Positions 25,619 through 32,000 of a stretch of 32,000 nt of DNA are shown piece after piece. The translations under genes and the position numbers were made by a program. The stretch spans positions 1,260,001-1,292,000 of the forward strand of contig NZ_CP034549.1 in NCBI RefSeq assembly GCF_003966335.1. Reading direction: 5' to 3'. Source of the stretch: Nonlabens ponticola. GTDB lineage: Bacteria; Bacteroidota; Bacteroidia; Flavobacteriales; Flavobacteriaceae. The notes beneath the pieces are model-generated. The model was not told where the DNA came from. It was given only the letters and a program-made list of their open reading frames with translations, and searched no databases. Within the stretch, counting starts at the first letter, position 1, and every line of letters begins with the position of its first letter.

Positions 25619-25636
25619 ACTCTTAAATTAATAAAA

Positions 25637-27064
25637 TTAGTGAACCTCAAGTCCTAATTCTTTCCCTTTTTTGAGCATCAATTCATAGGCCGCATCATGC
25701 TCATTAGGTATATCGCCGTCTAGAATGGCTTCTTTGATAGTTGATTTAATGATACCAATTTCGCGGCACGGCTTCAAACCAAAGGCTTTCATGATTTCCT
25801 CTCCAGAAACTGGCGGCTGGAAGTTGCGCACGTGATCACGCTCCTCAACCTCTACTATCTTGTCGCGCACCTTCTGAAAATTGTTGTGGTATTTCTTGAA
25901 TCTGCGTGGATTTTTGGTGGTAATGTCTGCTTCACACAGCGTCATGAGATCCTCGATATAATCGCCTGCATCATGAACCAATCTGCGCACTGCGCTATCA
26001 GTCGCGCTCTCGTCAATCACCGCAATAGGTCTAGAGGACATGCGCACCATCTTCTGAACAAATTTCATATGCTCATTAAGTGGCATGCGCAATCTCTTGA
26101 ACAGGTGGAAAACCATCTGCGAGCCTTTAAATTCATGACCATGAAAAGTCCAGCCCACTTTCTTGCTGAATCTCTTAGTAGGTGCTTTACCAATATCGTG
26201 CAGTAGTGCTGCCCAGCGTAACCAAAGACTATCAGTTTGTTGTGAGATATTATCGACTACTTCTAGCGTGTGGTAAAAGTTGTCTTTGTGTGTCTGACCT
26301 TCTAATTCCTCGATGCCTTTAAGGGCTGTAAGCTCTGGCAGGATGTGATCCAGCAATCCGCTTTTTTCAAGTAATAGAAACCCTAGCGATGGTTTGTCGC
26401 ACAGCATGATTTTGTGCAGCTCTACATGAATGCGCTCATTGGTGATGATCTTGATGCGGTCAGCGTTCTTCCTGATGCTTTCAAAAGATTCTTCTTCAAT
26501 CCTAAAACCTAATTGACTCGCAAACCTGATTGCGCGCAGCATGCGCAATGGGTCATCGCTGTAGGTGATATCTGGATCTAGTGGCGTGCGTATAATACGA
26601 TCTTTGAGATCTTGCATGCCGTTAAATGGATCTACCAGCTCGCCAAATGTTCCCGGCATTAAAGAAAAAGCCATGGCGTTGATGGTAAAATCCCTGCGAT
26701 TTTGATCGTCTTCTAGCGTGCCGTTTTCAACAATGGGATTGCGACTTTCCTGCTGATAGCTCTCTTTGCGCGCACCTACAAATTCCAGTTCTAGATCGCC
26801 CGTTTTGAGCATGGCGGTACCATAATTTTTAAAGATGCTGATCTTGGTACTTTGATCAAGCAGCTCTTTGGTTTTTTTGGCAAGTTCAATGCCGCTGCCT
26901 ACGGCAACCACATCAATATCTGTTGCCTTTCCTCTTTTCAAAAAGAAATCACGCACAAAACCACCTATCACAAAGCTAGGCATGCGTAACTCGCTAGCCG
27001 CTTTTGATAATATTTGGAATACAGGCGCTTCAAGCGCTTCAGGATATTTGATGGAATCAGACAC
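25637..27064 (-). CDS. cca: CCA-adding tRNA nucleotidyltransferase (PolyA_pol head plus HD domain)
   Basis: 475 aa. GTG start abuts the tsaC stop. FVIGGFVRD...DIDVV, RDFTINAMA, DPLRMLRAIRFA, HD region LLHDIGK. Confidence 0.8.
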   Translation of the reverse strand: MSDSIKYPEALEAPVFQILSKAASELRMPSFVIGGFVRDFFLKRGKATDIDVVAVGSGIELAKKTKELLDQSTKISIFKNYGTAMLKTGDLELEFVGARKESYQQESRNPIVENGTLEDDQNRRDFTINAMAFSLMPGTFGELVDPFNGMQDLKDRIIRTPLDPDITYSDDPLRMLRAIRFASQLGFRIEEESFESIRKNADRIKIITNERIHVELHKIMLCDKPSLGFLLLEKSGLLDHILPELTALKGIEELEGQTHKDNFYHTLEVVDNISQQTDSLWLRWAALLHDIGKAPTKRFSKKVGWTFHGHEFKGSQMVFHLFKRLRMPLNEHMKFVQKMVRMSSRPIAVIDESATDSAVRRLVHDAGDYIEDLMTLCEADITTKNPRRFKKYHNNFQKVRDKIVEVEERDHVRNFQPPVSGEEIMKAFGLKPCREIGIIKSTIKEAILDGDIPNEHDAAYELMLKKGKELGLEVH

Positions 27065-27667
27065 TTACTTTCTGATGATTTTGATGACGCCATCACTGGA
27101 AATCTTCATGATGGAACTAGGCTTGATATCTTTACCAGGTAACGGTAGATCCACAACATAATCTACTTTATTCTTTAGCTCTTCAGAAATATCTGAAAAG
27201 TGAACTGGTGATGGGTCGCCACTGAAGTTAGCGCTAGTAGACACAATAGGCCTGCGCAATCTGCTGATGAGTTTGCGACATAGAGGATCGTTTGTGACTC
27301 TTATTCCGATGGTGTTGTCTGCAGCAACCAAATTTTCTGCCATGCCCTTAGGCCTGTCGTAGATAATAGTCAGTGGTTTCTTGTTTAATTTGAGAACTTC
27401 CCAAGCCATTTCTGGCACTTCTTCAACATATTGATCCAGCATCTGAAAGCTGTCCACCAGTATCAACATTGATTTAGAATGATCTCTCTTCTTGATCTCA
27501 TAGATCTTTTCTACAGCATCATAATTTGTAGCGTCACAGCCTATACCGTAGATGGTGTCTGTAGGATACAGGATCACATTACCCTGTTTCAATTGCTTGA
27601 TGGTTTCCTGCAGCAATTCTTCAGGAACTGGTAGATCTACATCTTGATATTTTTTCTTCTTTGCCAT
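27065..27667 (-). CDS. tsaC: L-threonylcarbamoyladenylate synthase (TsaC/YrdC/Sua5 family)
   Basis: 200 aa. GNVILYPTDTIYGIGCDA, KKRDHSKSMLILV, IGIRV, PIVSTSAN. Confidence 0.85.
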   Translation of the reverse strand: MAKKKKYQDVDLPVPEELLQETIKQLKQGNVILYPTDTIYGIGCDATNYDAVEKIYEIKKRDHSKSMLILVDSFQMLDQYVEEVPEMAWEVLKLNKKPLTIIYDRPKGMAENLVAADNTIGIRVTNDPLCRKLISRLRRPIVSTSANFSGDPSPVHFSDISEELKNKVDYVVDLPLPGKDIKPSSIMKISSDGVIKIIRK

Positions 27668-27737
27668 AGTCTTGCAAAATTAAGGTTTTGAGGGCAACAT
27701 GGCTAGAAGTGCAGTAAAAGTGATTTGATAAATTACT

Positions 27738-27745
27738 CTAGATTT
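27738..27745 (+). promoter_or_regulatory. Putative -7 box for the GT4/GT2 genes
   Basis: TAGATTTG matches TAnnTTTG. It lies only 8 nt before the ATG, so the transcript would be nearly leaderless. Confidence 0.25.
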
Positions 27746-27753
27746 GTGAGCTC

Positions 27754-28818
27754 ATGCATCAGGCTGGAACCATTATCGTTTTGCACAAATCAGGCGAGCC
27801 ATCGCATTATAGAGCTTTGGTGCATGCTGCAAATGCAAATGGTGTCCAGGTTGTTTTTAGAGAGTTCTCTATAATTAGTAAACTCTTCAAGGGAATTATC
27901 AGATTTAATGGATCGATTGTCAAAAAACAGTTGGTCAATCTAACCACGTTGATTTCCTTATGGTTTTCAAAAAACAAATTTGTGGTGTTGGGCATCGCGC
28001 CTTATGACAGCAAGCTCATCAGGATCTTGAAAGTCTTGAAAAATCATCATGTATATTATCATACATCCTGGCCCATTTGGGATGGAACGGATTATCCTAA
28101 ACGTAAAAAGGTCACAAACAAAGTTCTTACTCGCTGGAAGCAGTTTCTAGAAAAGGACGTCGAGCATATTTATACAGTTACTGCAACTGCAAAGGAATCC
28201 TTGCTAGAAAATTATCAAATCACAGCGCCTATCACGGTAGTAGGTCATAGCTATGATCCATCCGTATTTAAGACATCTGATGTTGAACGAATCTATGATG
28301 CCTGTTATGCTGGTAGATTGGTCTCAGAAAAAGGTATTGATGATTTGTTGAAATGGTCGCAGCAGCATCCCGAATTCAAATTTGCTTTCATGGGATCAGG
28401 CGATGATGTGGATGCGGTTAAAACGGCTGCTAATCAAAATGATCATTTGCATTACCTACCTGCATCACAATCTGCGGTTGAGGTGAGTAGATTGTTTCAG
28501 CAATCGGATTACTTGATTTTATATGCGCGCAGGACGCAGCGCTGGCAGGAATTGTTTGGTATGGTCATAATTGAAGCTATGGCTTGCGGTTGTATTCCAA
28601 TAACCACAGATCATGTCGGCCCTAAGGAAATCATAGATCATGCTGTGAACGGATATATATTTGAGGAAGACGTCTTTATCGGCAAATTAGCATCCATTAT
28701 GAAAGATAAACCTAGCGCAGAAATGAAGATCGCCGCCCGGAAAAGAGCCAGCGATTTTGCCATCGAGAGTATTTCAAGTCGATGGATCAATGTAGTCAAA
28801 AACGCTGCTTATGCTTGA
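27754..28818 (+). CDS. Glycosyltransferase, GT4 (Glycos_transf_1) family
   Basis: 354 aa. C-terminal GRLVSEKGID...FGMVIIEAMACGCIPITTD is the E-x7-E-type GT4 motif region. Confidence 0.75.
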   Translation: MHQAGTIIVLHKSGEPSHYRALVHAANANGVQVVFREFSIISKLFKGIIRFNGSIVKKQLVNLTTLISLWFSKNKFVVLGIAPYDSKLIRILKVLKNHHVYYHTSWPIWDGTDYPKRKKVTNKVLTRWKQFLEKDVEHIYTVTATAKESLLENYQITAPITVVGHSYDPSVFKTSDVERIYDACYAGRLVSEKGIDDLLKWSQQHPEFKFAFMGSGDDVDAVKTAANQNDHLHYLPASQSAVEVSRLFQQSDYLILYARRTQRWQELFGMVIIEAMACGCIPITTDHVGPKEIIDHAVNGYIFEEDVFIGKLASIMKDKPSAEMKIAARKRASDFAIESISSRWINVVKNAAYA

Positions 28819-29743
28819 TGTTTCTTGTATCATCGTTAACTACAACACGGCACAATTAACAATTGAAGCCATAAAATCTATCCAAAAGTTTACTAGCGAC
28901 AATCTAGACTATGAGATTGTTGTTGCAGATAACGCCTCCAAATATGAAGACTTTGAGCAATTGAAGACATTAATTGATCAAATTGCCGATTCTAGATTAA
29001 AATTGGTGCGCAGCAGGATAAATACAGGTTTTGGTTCAGGAAATATGCTTGCCGTTTCTCATGCGGCTCCATCTAAATATTATGCCTTTATCAATAGTGA
29101 TGTACTGTTTGTTCAACAGAATACTTTGAAGGATTTGCAGAATTTCATGACTACAAATCCACATATAGGTGTTTGTTCACCACAAATGCTGGGTCCAGAT
29201 AGGAGCTTTAGATCTACCTTAGATCACTATGCCACACCAGCAAGGCAACTACTCAAACGAGGTTTTCTTGAAAAATGGGACAGCACTCGATACCCAAAAC
29301 GCAAGATCAAGTATAATAAACCCATCAAAGCAGATTACATGCAGGGCAGCTTCCTATTTGTCGATGCAGTTGCTTTTAATCAAGTAGGTGGATTTGACCA
29401 GCATTTATTCTTGTATTATGAAGAGAGCGATTTATGCATGCGGCTTAAAAAACTGCTGCAAAAGGACGCTTACCTATATCCACAGCAGGAATATATCCAT
29501 TTGCAAGGTGCCAGCACGACTAAAAACATCGTGATTAAAATGGAGCAAAAAATCAGCCTGCTCTATTTGATCCACAAACATCATGGATTCTTAGCGCATC
29601 GATTTATGTTGTGCTTTTATGTTGTGAAGTACTTCTTTTCTAGTCTTGTAAAACCTAAAAATTGGAGACTTTTTCAACTGCTACTGCGTGGTGCGCCCCT
29701 AAGTGCCTCGCTTTCTCAAAAACAGAAAGTACTAGACCGCTAG
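28811..29743 (+). CDS. Glycosyltransferase family 2
   Basis: 310 aa. SCIIVNYNT...VVADNAS...FINSDV...YYEESDLCMRL motifs. 8-bp overlap with the upstream GT4 gene. Confidence 0.8.
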   Translation: MLDVSCIIVNYNTAQLTIEAIKSIQKFTSDNLDYEIVVADNASKYEDFEQLKTLIDQIADSRLKLVRSRINTGFGSGNMLAVSHAAPSKYYAFINSDVLFVQQNTLKDLQNFMTTNPHIGVCSPQMLGPDRSFRSTLDHYATPARQLLKRGFLEKWDSTRYPKRKIKYNKPIKADYMQGSFLFVDAVAFNQVGGFDQHLFLYYEESDLCMRLKKLLQKDAYLYPQQEYIHLQGASTTKNIVIKMEQKISLLYLIHKHHGFLAHRFMLCFYVVKYFFSSLVKPKNWRLFQLLLRGAPLSASLSQKQKVLDR

Positions 29744-30663
29744 TAACTTATTCCTAAATCTGTAATTTCTTTTTGACCTGCTGGAATTTTTGGCAAGGTG
29801 ATTTTATCACCTAGAATTCTATTATACTCATAAGGCTCAAATTGTCTGCGCGCATCAGATGGATAGAATGTCATCTCGCCAAAAACGATCTTGCCAGCTA
29901 TATTGTAGAAGTCGCAGCGTACGAAGGGCAGGCCATTGGTTAGTTTTTTGGCTAACTCGATCATCTCTTCAAAGTTCTCTGGTCTGGTGGGTATCGCATC
30001 GGTTCGTTCCCTATGGGAATGCTTGAAGATTGTAGGTATCCAGTCCAGGGTCATAAAATCCTTGAAGTAAACTCCATCAACATGCTGATTGACTTGGACA
30101 AAATCTGGCTCACCATTAAAACAATAGAATTTATAATCAATCAAGTCATCCATGCCAGGTTGCACCAGTAGTTTTTCTATCAAAATACGACGCTCGATGT
30201 TTTTGTAGGCCCATTCTAGACCGCGACGCATGTAGTAATCTTCTTTGAGATATTTTCTAAAGAAAGCATTGAATTCTTTGCGGTTTACTTTGCTTTTGTC
30301 TAGAATAATCTTGTTGCGTCCTGCGCTGTGATTGACTTTGGCAACAAATTGATCTGGTAAGTCATCCCAATTAATATCTTCTGGGCGCTTATAGATACCG
30401 TAAACTTCATTCAGGTAGGATTCACCTATCCTTGACTTAACAAACTCGCGCACCTTGACCTTATCAGCGAGTGTTGTGATCATGGGATCGTGCAAGTACA
30501 TCTTCATCCACGTGATCTTTTCATTGATCAATTTAGGATCTTCAAGATCAAGCTCGTGGTTATTATAATACTTATAAAAAGCCTTATAAAAATGCTCTTT
30601 GGACAACAGTGGTGCCCATCTCAAAAACTTAAACCATTTGCGTTGTAGCGTTGCTTTTATCAC
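29740..30663 (-). CDS. TupA-like ATP-grasp family protein (glycan/teichuronopeptide-type amidoligase)
   Basis: 307 aa. GTG start. INEKITWMKMYLHDPMITTLADKVKVREFV, VAKVNHSAG, DYKFYCFNGEP and VRCDFY resemble the ATPgrasp_TupA family. Confidence 0.6.
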   Translation of the reverse strand: MIKATLQRKWFKFLRWAPLLSKEHFYKAFYKYYNNHELDLEDPKLINEKITWMKMYLHDPMITTLADKVKVREFVKSRIGESYLNEVYGIYKRPEDINWDDLPDQFVAKVNHSAGRNKIILDKSKVNRKEFNAFFRKYLKEDYYMRRGLEWAYKNIERRILIEKLLVQPGMDDLIDYKFYCFNGEPDFVQVNQHVDGVYFKDFMTLDWIPTIFKHSHRERTDAIPTRPENFEEMIELAKKLTNGLPFVRCDFYNIAGKIVFGEMTFYPSDARRQFEPYEYNRILGDKITLPKIPAGQKEITDLGISY

Positions 30664-30753
30664 GTCTATCCTTTGATTTGAACAAAAATAGGCAATTGAA
30701 AATTCTAGCCGTCGATGCTTTGTAAGGCGATACCACTTTAGCAGTTAAAACGG

Positions 30754-30761
30754 TAAATTTG
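30754..30761 (+). promoter_or_regulatory. Putative -7 box for the Kdo-kinase-like gene
   Basis: TAAATTTG matches TAnnTTTG, 28 nt before the ATG. Confidence 0.3.
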
Positions 30762-30789
30762 CAGGCAATTCATTTAATGTTGTCGATGT

Positions 30790-31548
30790 ATGTCTATGGT
30801 AGAGAGGTTTGAGAGTATTACGCTTTCGCGAAAGCGTGTTCACCACATTCTACAAAACTTCAAAAAATCGTCTCAACAACTGGGCGACGACCGTAACGCG
30901 ATTAGGATAGTGGAAGATAAAGGCAAAAAACTCGTTGTAAAGTCATTCAAGATTCCAAATGCCGTCAACAAATTGGCCTACCGATTTTTAAGAGATAGCA
31001 AGGCAAAAAGATCCTATGAAAATGCAGTCTATCTACAGCAACATAATATAGGAACCCCAGCACCACTGGCTTATCTAGAGCGTGTCGATACGTTGTCTTT
31101 TAAAGATAGTTATTACATAAGCGAGTACGCTGAGCATGATTATACCTATAGAGAATTGATCAACGATAATACTATAGAAAATAAGGAAGAAGTCCTGAAA
31201 GCCTTTACAGCTTTCATGTTCAAGATGCATGAGGCGCATATTTATTTCCTGGATCATTCACCTGGCAACACGTTAATCAAAAAAGTAGGAGATAGCTATG
31301 AGTTTTTCCTGGTGGATCTCAACCGCATGAAATTCTATGATATACCCTATGAAGATCGATTGAAAAACTTTGAACGCCTGTCACCTAAAAAATGGATGTA
31401 CGACATCATGGGTGCAGAGTATGCTAGACTTTCAGGAAAGGATCCAGCTGAATCTATTGCTACTATGTGGTCTTATACACAGAAGTTTCAAGAGAAATAT
31501 CATCGCAAGAAGCGATTCAAAAAAAAGCTCAAGAGTATATTCTCGTAA
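30790..31548 (+). CDS. Lipopolysaccharide (Kdo/WaaP-type) kinase family protein
   Basis: 252 aa. VKSFKIPNAVNKLAYRFLRDSKAKRSYENA and LDHSPGNTLI...FLVDLNRM are a protein-kinase-like catalytic loop, as in Kdo-domain proteins. Confidence 0.65.
   Translation: MSMVERFESITLSRKRVHHILQNFKKSSQQLGDDRNAIRIVEDKGKKLVVKSFKIPNAVNKLAYRFLRDSKAKRSYENAVYLQQHNIGTPAPLAYLERVDTLSFKDSYYISEYAEHDYTYRELINDNTIENKEEVLKAFTAFMFKMHEAHIYFLDHSPGNTLIKKVGDSYEFFLVDLNRMKFYDIPYEDRLKNFERLSPKKWMYDIMGAEYARLSGKDPAESIATMWSYTQKFQEKYHRKKRFKKKLKSIFS
30822..30835. repeat. GCTTTCGCGAAAGC palindrome, copy 9 (5' end of Kdo-kinase-like CDS, LSRK)
   Basis: Exact 14/14. Extended to 18 bp as ACGCTTTCGCGAAAGCGT, preceded by TT. Confidence 0.95.
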
Positions 31549-32000
31549 TTACTTGAGATTACGCCTGTACAACCACAGCTTTACATAGCGCATAAAAATC
31601 ATGTAACCGCGCAGGTAAGCAATTACAAAACCTACAAAACCATCCAAGAATCCACGTTGTAAAAAATAGTGTTTGAAGAATCCGTAAGTGGGCTTTATAA
31701 GCATATGAAAGGCTGTGATCTTACCTGTTTTCTTATCATAATCCTGTGCCTGTAGGCTGGCATATCGTTGTAGTTTCACAATATGCTTATCAATGTCGTT
31801 ATACTTGTAATGCAAGAATTTTTGATTTAGCGACTCTACGCGGCCATCGGTCACAATCTCTGCATGCACGTGTAGATCTAGGTAGCGACATTTTGATTTT
31901 TTGAAGAATCTAATGACTTTATCATTCTTCCAGCCGCTGTACCGTACTTGTTTGCCCATGAAAAAGTTGCGACGTCCTATCCAGAATCCGGCTAGGTCAT
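31549..32000 (-). CDS. Glycosyltransferase family 2 (KdtX/WaaE-like), C-terminal part, 5' end outside window
   Basis: The reading frame stays open upstream of the listed Met to the window edge (...DLAGFWIGRRNFFMGKQVRYSGW...). C-terminal HYKYNDIDKHIVKLQRYASLQA plus TM helices are typical of LPS-core GT2 enzymes. Confidence 0.55.
   Translation of the reverse strand, partial: DLAGFWIGRRNFFMGKQVRYSGWKNDKVIRFFKKSKCRYLDLHVHAEIVTDGRVESLNQKFLHYKYNDIDKHIVKLQRYASLQAQDYDKKTGKITAFHMLIKPTYGFFKHYFLQRGFLDGFVGFVIAYLRGYMIFMRYVKLWLYRRNLK

Noticed and set aside
29708-29729. CGCTTTC-tcaaaaaca-GAAAGT as another split copy of the palindrome
   Set aside because: Only 5-6 bp arms match and the CGCG core is absent. 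A match of this size is expected by chance in 32 kb.
508-30835. The repeated palindrome as a CRISPR array
   Set aside because: Copies are 2.4-5.7 kb apart, only 14 bp long, lie inside housekeeping genes and have no cas genes nearby. Nothing matches a repeat-spacer architecture.
508-30835. The repeated palindrome as a MITE/IS remnant or as Rho-independent terminators
   Set aside because: There is no transposase, no flanking TIR/TSD pattern and no conserved sequence beyond about 19-24 bp. The folP copy involves no indel. As a hairpin it is only a 5-bp AU-rich stem with a 4-nt loop and no U-tract, and half the copies are in the middle of a CDS.
1-32000. Search for a defence or toxin system, prophage, integrase, tRNA, rRNA or other island hallmarks
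   Set aside because: Every sizeable ORF has a plausible housekeeping, envelope or glycan assignment, or is a small orphan. I saw no nuclease/helicase/ATPase defence-type architectures, no tRNA-like sequences and no direct repeats bounding a segment. I cannot support such a call from this sequence.

Overview
The window looks like a core chromosomal segment of a Flavobacteriia (Bacteroidota) genome. This is inferred from gene content (folP next to DUF1599, a long NusB, DUF1573-YajC, a PUR-like DUF3276 protein), TAnnTTTG-type promoter boxes and the lack of Shine-Dalgarno sites. I call 32 CDSs, two of them cut by the window edges (about 92% coding). They fall into these groups:
- folate synthesis (folP)
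- an M14 carboxypeptidase
- an MsbA-like ABC exporter
- Leu/Phe/Val dehydrogenase
- nusB, DUF1573 and yajC
- a glgE-maltokinase-glgB alpha-glucan operon, with a GH31 alpha-glucosidase nearby
- pepT
- tsaC and the CCA-adding enzyme
- an LPS/glycan cluster (GT4, GT2, TupA-like ATP-grasp, Kdo-kinase-like, GT2)

I found no rRNA, tRNA, CRISPR array, transposase, integrase or recognisable defence system.

The one signal that gene annotation does not explain is a 14-bp perfect palindrome, GCTTTCGCGAAAGC.
- It has 9 exact copies, one copy split by a nested GC-rich palindrome, and a few decayed relics.
- Copies lie both inside genes (read in all three frames as AFAKA, LSRK or FRES) and in most of the larger intergenic regions.
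- This resembles the cyanobacterial HIP1 octamer or uptake-sequence-type elements more than a mobile element. Its function is unknown.

All functional calls come from my reading of the translated ORFs. No database search was possible.
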